From: Nitrospirota bacterium
Lineage (GTDB): Bacteria > Nitrospirota > UBA9217
Reading direction: 5' to 3'
DNA: 64,000 nt
NCBI GenBank assembly: GCA_963796285.1
Contig: CAWCKW010000012.1
Location: 1,536,001-1,600,000, forward strand
Made by a program: the position numbers and the translations under genes. Below the pieces are notes generated by a model. It was not told where the DNA came from and searched no databases. It worked only from the letters and a program-made list of their open reading frames with translations. Of this stretch, positions 9,299 to 20,601 are shown piece after piece (the stretch's first letter is position 1; each line of letters starts with the position of its first letter).

Positions 9299-10627
9299 AT
9301 GAACCCTATTTGTATAGTAGACGACGTTTCTTCCATCACTTCCACGGTAGAGAGCATTCTGAAGGACGAGGGGTATCCCGCCATCTCATTTCCGGATGCG
9401 GAGAGCTTCTGGCAGAGGCTCGAGACAATGGAGCCCTCGCTCGTTCTGCTGGATATCTGGCTCCCCGGAATTGACGGCATGCAACTCCTGAAACGTCTGC
9501 ATTCCCGATTCCCCGAACTCCCCGTCATCATGATGAGCGGACATGCCGGTATCGATGCGGCGGTTGCTGCCATAAAGGCCGGCGCCTATGATTTTCTCGA
9601 AAAACCGCTGCAGTTGGAGGTCCTGCTCGACAAGGTGGCGTCTGCCCTTAAGCACCGGCCAGCCGTGAGCAGCGAGACCCTGCCCTCGGATACAAGGCTT
9701 GAGATCGTCAGTGCCGGCCATTCGGTGCCTCCCGGCGTAGTGGACGTGGTGGATTCCCCTGAACCTCAGCGTACCCTCAAAAGGAATGTGGTCCTGAACG
9801 GCATCGGGCTTCTGAGCGGCCGGAACACCGGTGTCATCCTGAGCCCTCTCGGGACCAACGAGGGGATCGTCTTTCAAACGCTTGACGGTCAGACCATCCG
9901 TGGACATATCACGTCCCTTGAGGATTTCTCCCAGACTGGCCCATCGAAGACCTTTTCCGCCAACTCCACCACCCTGGACAACGGCAGGCGGCGGGTGCGC
10001 ACCATTGAGCACCTGATGGCGGTGCTTTCCATGTACGGCATCACCAACGTGCTCGTAAAGGCCGACGAGGAGATACCGAACATAGACGGCTCTGCCAAGG
10101 ATTTTTGCGACCTCATAGAAGCGGCAGGGATAGAGGAACAGCCTGCTAAGACCAAGGTTGCCGTCATCCGCCAGAAGATCGGAGTGGGTAACGAGACAAA
10201 ACATGAAAAGCATCTTATTGCGGAGCCCTTTGAAGGGTTCGAAATATCGATGAGGGTTGACTACCCTTTACCTATCGGCGAACAGGTCCTCACGTTCAAT
10301 CCTGAACGAGGGTCTTTTGCAAAGGAAATAGCCCCGGCCCGCTCCTTCAACACCTTTGAAAATATCGAAATAGCCCAGAAGCTTGGAAAAGTTGGAGGCG
10401 GATATCTCCATTCACACATCATCATGTACGACGGCAAGGTCATCAACACGGAACTCCGTTATCCCGACGAATTCGTTCGCCACAAGATATTGGACCTGAT
10501 CGGAGACCTCTGCCTTCTCGGCCTTCACATCAGAGGACGCATTATTGCCAACATGACCTCTCACGGCTACAATCAGGTTTTGGTGCAACGCTTGTACCAG
10601 GCTGTTCAGAACAGCTCCAGTCGGTAG
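9299..10627 (+). CDS. lpxC: Receiver (REC) domain fused to UDP-3-O-acyl-N-acetylglucosamine deacetylase
   Basis: REC: IVDD, LLDIWLPGIDG, MMSGH, FLEKP; LpxC: QRTL..GIGL, TIEHL, EIP.IDGSA, IAPARSF, EFVRHKILDLIGDL, SHGYN; one open frame. Confidence 0.9.
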   Translation: MNPICIVDDVSSITSTVESILKDEGYPAISFPDAESFWQRLETMEPSLVLLDIWLPGIDGMQLLKRLHSRFPELPVIMMSGHAGIDAAVAAIKAGAYDFLEKPLQLEVLLDKVASALKHRPAVSSETLPSDTRLEIVSAGHSVPPGVVDVVDSPEPQRTLKRNVVLNGIGLLSGRNTGVILSPLGTNEGIVFQTLDGQTIRGHITSLEDFSQTGPSKTFSANSTTLDNGRRRVRTIEHLMAVLSMYGITNVLVKADEEIPNIDGSAKDFCDLIEAAGIEEQPAKTKVAVIRQKIGVGNETKHEKHLIAEPFEGFEISMRVDYPLPIGEQVLTFNPERGSFAKEIAPARSFNTFENIEIAQKLGKVGGGYLHSHIIMYDGKVINTELRYPDEFVRHKILDLIGDLCLLGLHIRGRIIANMTSHGYNQVLVQRLYQAVQNSSSR

Positions 10628-10712
10628 GTCGGGTAGATCATGGCGAAACCCGGCTGAATGCGATCAAATCGTTCTCTGGAACATGTAGGGTTTCACTTCG
10701 CTCTACCAGCCC
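10624..10712. repeat. Degenerate GTAG-type REP doublet
   Basis: GTAGGTCGGGTAGA..GCGAAACCC ... GGGTTTCACTTCGCTCTACC inverted arms between convergent genes. Confidence 0.5.
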
Positions 10713-10790
10713 GTAGGCTTAAAAGCTGCCTTATAACAAGTCATGCAAGGACCTGTGGCCGCTCAATTCTTCAAATAGGCGTACAAGCGC

Positions 10791-11582
10791 TTATCGCACC
10801 TTCCGACGTTCCACCTCTCGCAGTATCTCGGCCATCCGCTCATGCACTTTTCCATTGCTCGCGAGGATCTCGTCGTCGCGGATGCTGAATCTCGAACCGG
10901 AAAGATCCGATACCCTGCCTCCCGCCTCGGTCACGATGAGGCTCCCTGCCGCCACGTCCCAGGGTTTGAGCTTGAGTTCCCAAAAACCATCGAACCTTCC
11001 GGACGCAACATAGCAGAGGTCGAGAGCCGCGGAGCCGTCGCGACGCACTTCCTGCGAGGCCATAAGAAGATCGTGGAAGTAATCCAGGTTGTTCTTGTCA
11101 CTCACCTTGCGATCGTAGGGAAATCCCGTGGCAAGAAGACTTTTTATGAGCGTATCGATACCGGAGACCCTGATCTGCTTTCCGTTCAAGAACGCGCCTT
11201 TCCCCTTCTGTGCCGAGAACAGTTCATCCCTCATGGGGTCATACACGACGCCAAGAACGATCTCATCGTCTTGTTCAAGGGCGATGGAAACGGAAAAGCA
11301 GGGATATCCGTGCGCGTAGTTTGTGGTGCCGTCCAGGGGGTCGATGATCCAGGTAAATCCGGAACCGTTGCGGATCGTGGTCTCTTCTTCGGCAATGATC
11401 CCATGATCGGGAAAAGATGCGAGCAGCGTCTCGACCACCGCCCGTTCGGACCTCGTGTCCATCTCGGTGACCAGGTTGATGTCGCCTTTAAACGTGATCT
11501 CGCGAATGCCGTGAATATTGTCTCTTAAAATCCCGCCGGCCTTGAGTGCCGCTTCACGGGCAACGGATAAAAGGTCTTTCAT
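10791..11582 (-). CDS. suhB: Inositol monophosphatase family protein
   Basis: WIIDPLDGTTNY, GSAALDLCYVA.G, LKPWDVAAG. Confidence 0.93.
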   Translation of the reverse strand: MKDLLSVAREAALKAGGILRDNIHGIREITFKGDINLVTEMDTRSERAVVETLLASFPDHGIIAEEETTIRNGSGFTWIIDPLDGTTNYAHGYPCFSVSIALEQDDEIVLGVVYDPMRDELFSAQKGKGAFLNGKQIRVSGIDTLIKSLLATGFPYDRKVSDKNNLDYFHDLLMASQEVRRDGSAALDLCYVASGRFDGFWELKLKPWDVAAGSLIVTEAGGRVSDLSGSRFSIRDDEILASNGKVHERMAEILREVERRKVR

Positions 11583-11650
11583 TTGTCCTCCGGGACCATT
11601 ACTAAGGTATGCGTGACGGAAGGATACTACCATATTTCAGTACGTTATCA

Positions 11651-11685
11651 AAAAATAAAAAGGGTAAGGCTTGTGCGCCTTACCC
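11651..11685 (-). terminator. Intrinsic terminator after the HTH gene
   Basis: GGGTAAGGC-6 nt-GCCTTACCC followed by a U-rich tract on the minus strand. Confidence 0.75.
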
Positions 11686-11737
11686 ATCAAACGACATTAT
11701 CAGCGATGACGAACGGTGAAAAAATTAACTGGATCGG

Positions 11738-11926
11738 CTACTGAACGATCCGCTCCATCCCAACGCCAAGATAGTCCGCCAGGAGTTTTACCGTACGAGG
11801 TTTCATGGTGACTCCCCTCAAGGTTCTCGATACGGTCACCTTATGCATACCCAGCGTGTCAGCGATCTCTGTGTAGCTCAGCCCCTTCTCCAGCCGCTTT
11901 TTTTCAAGCATTTCAATTCGATACAT
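11738..11926 (-). CDS. Small XRE/Cro-type HTH regulator (62 aa)
   Basis: RLEKGLSYTEIADTLGMHKVTVSRTL; AAGGAG RBS upstream of MYRIE. Confidence 0.85.
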   Translation of the reverse strand: MYRIEMLEKKRLEKGLSYTEIADTLGMHKVTVSRTLRGVTMKPRTVKLLADYLGVGMERIVQ

Positions 11927-12264
11927 GGCCTGGCTCCTTTGTAAAGAGTTATTCTTGCCCGAAAACATATACCTTGATTATATAAAAAACAAATTATTAA
12001 TGGTTATAACTATAGCACAAACATTTGCATTTTATACACTGAAGGATAATTATTTTTGCAACTTTTTGTTTATATTAGATGGGAAGCGGGGTATATATCG
12101 TCCGAAATGACACTTGCGGAATATTCAAAAAAGCCGGGGATTAAACTCTTTGAAAGATCATGGGGCTATATTAGCCTATCATGATAAATGGGATACAGAT
12201 AATTTGTTTCGGCTTCTTTTCTGGTCCGCCTTGTCCGATTTAGACAATCCGCTCACGGCAAACG

Positions 12265-13101
12265 CTAACGTATGCTCCATCGATGGGGCTTGTGGCAGGT
12301 CTTGCAGCTCTTGCCTGAAGCGTGGACCGGTTTAAGCGCCAGAACCTCTCGGGTATGGCAACGCAGGCAGTCGTCGTCGCTCGGCTTAATGCGGGCATGA
12401 GGCTTGTGGCACTCATAGCAGTTCAGCCGCGCCATCGGCACCCTGTCCGGGAAGGACGTCTTTGACGACTTCCGGTGGCAGGTCAGGCACCGGTCCCGGT
12501 CCGGGATAAAGGCTTCCCGTTGCTTTGGCGAGAAGGCATGGCATCTGAGACAGGAGATATTCTCCATTCCCACTCCGTGAATTTCCCAATTCTTGTGACA
12601 GCGAAGACAGGCGTCCTTGTCGGGCCTGAAGGAATGCACCGTCCGGCTGTGACAATCCTTGCAAGCGAGCTTTTCCATAAAGACGTGCCGCGCATGACCC
12701 GTTGACTTATTCACGGTCAGTGACCCCTGGGCAGCCTCATCCCAGTGGCACTTCGTGCAGGTCTTCCACGGGGTCTCGTTCCCGTGCGGTTCGGGCGTTT
12801 TCCGGCCCGGTGAAAAAATGAATTTGACCAGCAACCCGTTCTGCTCCATCATGCCGAGCTGGTGGCATCCCTGGCATACGATATTCCTGTGGCCGGAGAG
12901 CTTCCATGCCGTGTACGCCTCTTCCATGAGATGGCAGCTGTTGCAGAACTCGGGATCTTTTTGGATATAGTTGTAGTAGCGGACCGCCAGCACGATACCC
13001 AGGACCGAAATGATGAACATGAGGGAAACAATGATGACCTTGTCCCGCGGGCTGAGACCCTGTTCGAGCTTGTCGATTATTTTGGAGATTAGTTTATACA
13101 T
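12265..13101 (-). CDS. Membrane-anchored decaheme cytochrome c (NapC/NirT-like N-terminus)
   Basis: One N-terminal TM helix and 10 CxxCH motifs (CNSCH, CQGCH, CTKCH, CKDCH, CLRCH x3, CLTCH, CYECH, CKTCH); PEFCNSCH.M..AY..W..S.H pattern. Confidence 0.88.
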   Translation of the reverse strand: MYKLISKIIDKLEQGLSPRDKVIIVSLMFIISVLGIVLAVRYYNYIQKDPEFCNSCHLMEEAYTAWKLSGHRNIVCQGCHQLGMMEQNGLLVKFIFSPGRKTPEPHGNETPWKTCTKCHWDEAAQGSLTVNKSTGHARHVFMEKLACKDCHSRTVHSFRPDKDACLRCHKNWEIHGVGMENISCLRCHAFSPKQREAFIPDRDRCLTCHRKSSKTSFPDRVPMARLNCYECHKPHARIKPSDDDCLRCHTREVLALKPVHASGKSCKTCHKPHRWSIR

Positions 13102-13180
13102 GGTAAGATCAGGTTTTAGGATCCGGAGGCCCGACTTCACATCGGTTACACGTGATATGTTCCTAGTTCCCGGCTCCTGA

Positions 13181-14197
13181 CTACTGTATTAAGCGCTCTG
13201 CGATCTGCACGGCGTTCAGCGCCGCGCCCTTGCGCAGGTTGTCGGACACGATCCACATATTGATGCCATTCGGGATCGACTCGTCTTCCCTGATCCTGCC
13301 CACGTAGACCTCGTCCTTGCCCGCCACATCGATCGCAAGCGGATAGAGGTTTCTCTTCGGATCATCGTACACGATAATGCCCGGTGCAGCCGAAAGGATG
13401 GCCCGTGCTTCGTTGGCCGATATGTTCTTCTCCGTCTCGATGTTCACGGACTCGGAGTGGCAGCGGAACACCGGTACGCGGACCGTTGTGGCGGTCACGC
13501 GGATGGAATCGTCTCCCATGATCTTCCTCGTCTCGTTCACCATCTTCATCTCTTCCTTGGTGTAGCCGTTGTCGAGGAAGGCATCGATATGCGGGAGACA
13601 ATTGAACGCGATCTGGTGCGGATAGACCTTCGTTTCAATATCCCTGAAGTTCAGGAGCGCGACGGTCTGTCCCGCCAGCTCATCTATGGCATCCTTGCCC
13701 GTTCCGGAAACAGACTGAAAGGTCGTGACCACGATGCGCTTGATCTTCACAGCGTCATGGATCGGTTTCAGCACCATGACCATGCCCGATGGTGGAGCAG
13801 TTCGGGTTGGCAATGATGCCCGCTGTGCTTCGCGATCGCATGGGCGTTCACCTCCGGCACCACAAGCGGCACCATCGGTTCCATGCGGAAGGCGCTCGAG
13901 TTGTCAATGACCACGGCGCCGGACTTCACCGCTGCCGGGGCGAACTCTATGCTGCGTTCGGCACCTGCCGAAAAGAGCGCGATGTCCACGTCCTTGAACG
14001 CGTCCTTGGTCAACTTCCGGACAACCAGCTTCTTGCCGTTAAACTCGACCCTCTCGCCCTCGGAACGCTCCGACGCAAGCGGGATCAGCTCGGACACCGG
14101 GAAATTCGCGCTCCTCGAGGATTTCGATCATTTCCCTGCCCACAGCGCCGGTGGCGCCGACAACGGCAACTACATATTTAGTTTTTTTCTTGAGCAT
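13181..14197 (-). CDS. asd: Aspartate-semialdehyde dehydrogenase, Asd-B type (frameshifted)
   Basis: VAVVGATGAVG, VIDNSSAFRM, ATTVRVPVF, DNLRKGAALNAVQIAE spread over three frames. Confidence 0.9.
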
Positions 14198-14236
14198 GAG
14201 TTTAAAGAAAATTTAAAACCTTTCACGTAAGGAGTC

Positions 14237-14332
14237 CGTCATTCCCGAATGATTCTATCGGGAATCCAGCTGCTTCATAAATAAATGAGGAGACACAACG
14301 CCTCTGGATTCCGGGTCAAGCCCGGAATGACG
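14237..14332. repeat. Palindromic intergenic repeat (GTCATTCCCG...GGAATGAC type)
   Basis: CGTCATTCCCGA..TCGGGAATCCAG ... CTGGATTCCGGGTCAAGCCCGGAATGACG. Confidence 0.75.
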
Positions 14333-14351
14333 ATTTACAGGGGAATTTCTT

Positions 14352-15464
14352 CTATTTCTCCACCACGATCCGCAGCATGCGCCGAAGCGGTTCCGCCGCG
14401 CCCCACAGGAGCTGGTCGCCGCAGGTGAAGGCGTTCAGGAACGTCGGCCCCATGTTCATCTTGCGCAATCGTCCGATCGGCACGGTGAGCGTGCCGGTGA
14501 TCGCCGCCGGGGTCAGCTCGCGTATGGTTATCTCACGATTATTCGGGACGACCTTGACCCACTTGTTGTGCTTGGCGATCATGTCGGTGATCTCGGCAAG
14601 AGGCACGTCCCTGGTCATTTTTATCGTCAAGGCCTGGCTGTGGCAGCGCATGGCGCCGACGCGCACGCAGGTCCCGTCGATCGGGATCGGATTGCCTTCG
14701 CGGCCCAGGATCTTGTTCGTCTCGGCCTGGCCCTTCCACTCTTCCTTGCTCTGTCCGTTGTCGAGCTGCTTGTCGATCCAGGGGATGACAGAACCGGCAA
14801 GCGGCACACCGAAGAACTCTTTGGGATACGCATCGGAGCGGATGTGGTCGGACACCTTGCGGTCGATCTCGAGGATCGCGCCTGACGGGTCGTCCAGCAG
14901 GTCTTTACCGTGCCATGGATAGAACCCATCTGCTTCAGCAGCTCGCGCATGTTGTTCGCGCCCGCGCCCGAGGCCGCCTGGTAGGTCATGGCGCTCATCC
15001 ATTCCACCAGCCCGCGCTCGTACAGCCCGCCCAGGGCCATGAGCATGAGCGACACCGTGCAGTTTCCGCCGATGTAGTTCTTGATGCCCTTGGCCATGCC
15101 GTTCTTGATCACGTTCAGGTTGACCGGATCGAGGATGATGATGGCGTCTTTGTCCATGCGAAGGGCGGACGCAGCATCGATCCAGTAGCCCTTCCAGCCG
15201 GCAGCGCGCAGCTTGGGATAAACCTCGTTCGTGTAATCGCCACCCTGGCAGGAGACAATGGTCATCCATCGCCTTCAGCTCATCGATGTTCTTGGCATCC
15301 TTGAGCGCCGGGACGTCCTTGCCGATATTCGGCCCCTTGCCGCCAACGTTCGAGGTGGTGAAGAACACCGGGTCGATAAGATTGAAATCCTTTTCCTCGT
15401 TCATGCGGCCCATGAGCACCGAGCCCACCATGCCGCGCCAACCGATAAAGCCTACTCGCATCAT
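14352..15464 (-). CDS. asd: Aspartate-semialdehyde dehydrogenase, gamma/beta-proteobacterial type (frameshifted)
   Basis: [46 protein letters not shown]. Confidence 0.92.
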   Translation of the reverse strand: MMRVGFIGWRGMVGSVLMGRMNEEKDFNLIDPVFFTTSNVGGKGPNIGKDVPALKDAKNIDELKAMDDHCLLPGWRLHERGLSQAARCRLEGLLDRCCVRPSHGQRRHHHPRSGQPERDQERHGQGHQELHRRKLHGVAHAHGPGRAVRARAGGMDERHDLPGGLGRGREQHARAAEADGFYPWHGKDLLDDPSGAILEIDRKVSDHIRSDAYPKEFFGVPLAGSVIPWIDKQLDNGQSKEEWKGQAETNKILGREGNPIPIDGTCVRVGAMRCHSQALTIKMTRDVPLAEITDMIAKHNKWVKVVPNNREITIRELTPAAITGTLTVPIGRLRKMNMGPTFLNAFTCGDQLLWGAAEPLRRMLRIVVEK

Positions 15465-15546
15465 TGTTCTATTCCCCTCAGTTTTCATATTCGCAATCTT
15501 TAGCTCTAGACCACGCGTACTCCGCAATCCGAATCGTAGTCCGCAA

Positions 15547-16624
15547 TTACACCATCCCCGCCACCATGTCCCCCACTTCCGTCGTGGACATGCCCATCTT
15601 GCCCGCTGCCTGGCTCTTCATCTTCTTCATCACCGCGATCATTGCCGCCTCGATGGCCTGCGATGACTTCGTTTCACCGAGCGAATCGAGCATCATCATG
15701 GCCGCGCCGATGGCCGCCATGGGGTTGATCACCTTCTGGCCCGCGTACTTCGGTGCGCTGCCGCCCATGGGTTCGAACATGGAAACACCCTCGGGGTTGA
15801 TGTTCCCGCCCGAAGCCACGCCGAGCCCGCCCTGGATCATGGCGCCGAGGTCGGTGATGATGTCGCCGAACAGGTTCTCCGTGACAGCTACGTCGAACCA
15901 TTCGGGGTTCTTCACGAACCACATATTCGCGGCGTCGATGTGGTTGTAGTCCCGTTTAAGGTCAGGGTACTGTTTCGCGCCCATCTCCTCGAAGGCACGG
16001 TACCAGAGGTCTCCGCAATGGGTCAGCACATTCCGCTTGTGGATGAGCGTGATCGGCTTTGCGGCATACTTGGGATTCAGGGCATTGCGTTTTCTCTTCA
16101 GTTCAAAGGCATACTTCAGGCAGCGGTCCACCGAGCGCCGGTCGTACACCATGACCTGCGTGGCGATCTCCTCGGACGTACCCACGCGCGTTGCTCCGCC
16201 ATGTCCTGTATAGATGCCGCCCGTGTTCTCACGGATCACCACAAAATCGATATCCTCGGGACCCTTGTCCTTGAGCGGCGTGTCCACGTTCGGATAAAGC
16301 TTCACCGGCCTGAGATTGATGTACTGGTCAAGGGCAAAGCGTATCTTGAGCAGGATCCCCGCTTCCAGGATGCCGGGTTTTACATCCGGATGCCCTATAG
16401 CGCCCAGGAACATGGAATCGAACTTCTTGAATTCGGGGATCGCGCTGTCCGGAAGCGTCTCACCGGTCTTCAAGTACCGGGCAGCGCCGAAATCGAACTC
16501 GGTGAACTCGAGTCTTGAACCCGCCCTTTGCTGCAGCGGCATTGACGACTTTTACCGCTTCTTTAACGACCTCGGGTCCGGTCCCGTCACCGGGGATCAA
16601 TGCGATCTTGTAGGTCTTTGCCAT
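15547..16624 (-). CDS. leuB: 3-isopropylmalate dehydrogenase (frameshift near 5' end)
   Basis: [45 protein letters not shown]. Confidence 0.92.
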
Positions 16625-16637
16625 ATTTGAAGACTCC

Positions 16638-16776
16638 TAACCCGGACAAGCCGGAACTAAAGGTCAAAATCGAAAAGCATCTCTCGCAAAGACGCAAAGA
16701 ACGCTAAGAAAATCTTTTAATTTTTATTTAAAAATAATTGAGCCGTTCTTTGCGACCTTTGCGTCTTGGCGAGAAA
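16638..16776. repeat. Intergenic inverted-repeat element, TCTCGCAAAGACGCAAAG family (copy 1)
   Basis: TAACCCGGACAAGCCGGAAC lead-in, then TCTCGCAAAGACGCAAAGAACGC..AT-rich..CTTTGCGACCTTTGCGTCTTGGCGAGA; homologous to 38450 and 49637 copies. Confidence 0.8.
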
Positions 16777-16993
16777 TCAGCACTTGACTTTCCTCGCGCT
16801 GCAGTTATTCGTCCGCATCTCGTTGCACTTTTCGTCGCCGGGAATGAAATCCAGTCCGCAGGAATGCTGTGAAGGTTCGCTTGATGAGGAATAGAGACGG
16901 ATCAAGGTTCCCGCTGAAATATACACATTGCTCACAGAGGAGGTCGATCTCGGCTGTTGATCCGGCTGAAGCGCTTTCATCAGCTTGAAACAC
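16777..16993 (-). CDS. Small Cys-containing hypothetical protein (probable frameshift)
   Basis: Two overlapping ORFs join: ...LLCEQCVYFSGNL... / ...SCGLDFIPGDEKCNEMRTNNCSARK; sits between leuD and leuB. Confidence 0.45.
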
Positions 16994-17001
16994 GCGGTCA
17001 C

Positions 17002-17499
17002 TTACAGCCCTGCCTTCTTCCTCGTGTATGCCATCAGCCCGCCGGCCGCAATGAGCTCCTGCATAAAGGGCGGCACCGGCGCGACCTTGAAGGTCTTCTT
17101 CGAGGTGAGGTTGCGGATCACGCCCGCATCGGCGTCCACCTCGATCTGATCGCCCTCCTTGATCCCATCGACCGCCTCAACGCTCTCGAAGATCGGCAGC
17201 CCCATATTGAAGCAATTCCGGTAAAAGATCCGCGCAAAGCTCTTCGCCACGACGCAGGACACACCGGCGGCCTTGATGGCGATCGGCGCATGCTCGCGGG
17301 ACGATCCGCACCCGAAGTTCTTCTCCGCAACGATGATGTCGCCGGGCTTCATCTTCTTCATGAAGTCGGGGTTCATCGAGTCTTCCATGCAGTGCTTCGC
17401 CAGTTCCTCGGGATCGGACGTGTTCAGATACCGCGCAGGGACGATCGCATCAGTATCGACATCCGCCCCGAATTTCCATGCATTGCCTTTGAATTTCAT
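17002..17499 (-). CDS. leuD: 3-isopropylmalate dehydratase small subunit
   Basis: DVDTDAIVPARYL, NFGCGSSREHA, SFARIFYRN. Confidence 0.96.
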   Translation of the reverse strand: MKFKGNAWKFGADVDTDAIVPARYLNTSDPEELAKHCMEDSMNPDFMKKMKPGDIIVAEKNFGCGSSREHAPIAIKAAGVSCVVAKSFARIFYRNCFNMGLPIFESVEAVDGIKEGDQIEVDADAGVIRNLTSKKTFKVAPVPPFMQELIAAGGLMAYTRKKAGL

Positions 17500-17622
17500 T
17501 TAAACCCTCCTAAGACTTATCACTGATGTACACGGATATAGATCGAAGCTTACGATTCATCGTGTCTATCTCGTCCATTCGTGTCATTCGTGTCTCTGTT
17601 TGTGTCTCCGTGGTGAAAATTA

Positions 17623-18886
17623 TTACTTCAGTTCTTCCGGCCTTCCGATCCTGCCGAGCACAGCCGATGCGGCCGCGATCGCCGGGATTGGAGAGATAGA
17701 CCTCGCTCTTGGGGTGCCCCATCCTGCCGACAAAGTTCCGGTTCGTCGTGGCAATGGCGCGCTCACCGGCGGCAAGGATGCCCATATGGCCGCCCAGACA
17801 GGGGCCGCAGGTCGGCGTGCTGAAGGCCGCGCCGGCATCGATGAAGATGTCCACGAGGCCTTCTTTAATGCACTGTTTATAGATCGCCTGCGTGGCCGGG
17901 ATCACGATCATGCGGACATAGGGATGCACTTTGTGGCCCTTGATGACCCTGGCCGCCTCACGCATGTCCTCGATCCTGTCCGTTCGTACAGGAACCGACA
18001 ACGGACTGGTCGATATTGATGGCCGCAAGCTGGCTTACCGGCTTCACGTTCTCGGGAAGATGCGGGCAGGCGATCTGCGGCTCCATGCCGGTCAGATCGT
18101 ACTCGCGCACATCCACATAGTTCGCCTTCTTGTCGCTCTTGATAGAACTTATATTTCCGCTGGGCGCGCTTCGCAACATACTTCTCGGTGATCTCATCGG
18201 GCTCGATGATGCCGTTCTTGCCGCCGGCCTCGATGGCCATATTGCAGATCGTCAAACGACCGTACATCGGGAGTTTTTTGATCACCTCGCCGGTAAACTC
18301 CATGGCACGGTACAGGGCTCCGTCCACACCGATATCGCCGATGGTGCGGAGAATGATGTCCTTGCCGCCGACCCACTTGCCGAGCTTGCCCTTGTAGATG
18401 AACTTCATGCTCTCCGGCACCTTGAACCAGGCCTCACCCGTGATCATGGCAGCGGCGACATCGGTGCTGCCCACGCCGGTCGAGAACGCGCCCAGCCCGC
18501 CGTAGGTGCAGGTGTGGCTGTCAGCGCCGATCACCACGTCGCCGGGCACCACGATCCCCTGCTCCGGAAGGAGCGCATGCTCGATGCCCATCCTGCCGAC
18601 CTCGAAATACAGGGAGAGGTCATGCTCCCGCGAGAATTGGCGGAGCAGGTTGCACTGTTCAGCCGAGGCGATGTCCTTGTTCGGCGCAAAGTGGTCGGGA
18701 ATGAGCGCGATCCGCTCGGGATCGAACACCTTTTTCGCCCCCGTCGCGCGAAACTCCTTGATCGAGATCGGGCGCCGTGATATCGTTCGCGAGCACGAGA
18801 TCGAGCTTCGCGTTGATCAGTTCGCCGGGCTTCACTTCTTTTTTGCCGCAGTGCGCGGCCAGTATCTTTTCAGTAATGGTCATCAT
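17623..18886 (-). CDS. leuC: 3-isopropylmalate dehydratase large subunit (several frameshifts)
   Basis: [43 protein letters not shown]. Confidence 0.93.
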
Positions 18887-18920
18887 AGGTTTTTGACTAT
18901 ACAATATCCCTTATTCAGAT

Positions 18921-20451
<1,531 letters not shown>

Positions 20452-20508
20452 ACTGGTTTCCTCAATACTTTGTGGTCACAGGTCCCTCTGGAGCCGACCA
20501 AATAATGT

Positions 20509-20601
20509 AAAAAAAGAGATTAAGACCGCCTTCTTAATCTCTTGCTCCCTCACTGTCGTAATCGCTATTCCGATCAGAACGGATTAAGGAGAGGCGGTCT
20601 T
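20509..20601 (-). promoter_or_regulatory. Terminator plus mutually exclusive antiterminator upstream of leuA
   Basis: mRNA hairpin GAGAUUAAGA-AGGCGG-UCUUAAUCUC followed by U7; segment 20582-20601 can form 10+7 bp with 20522-20539. Confidence 0.7.
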
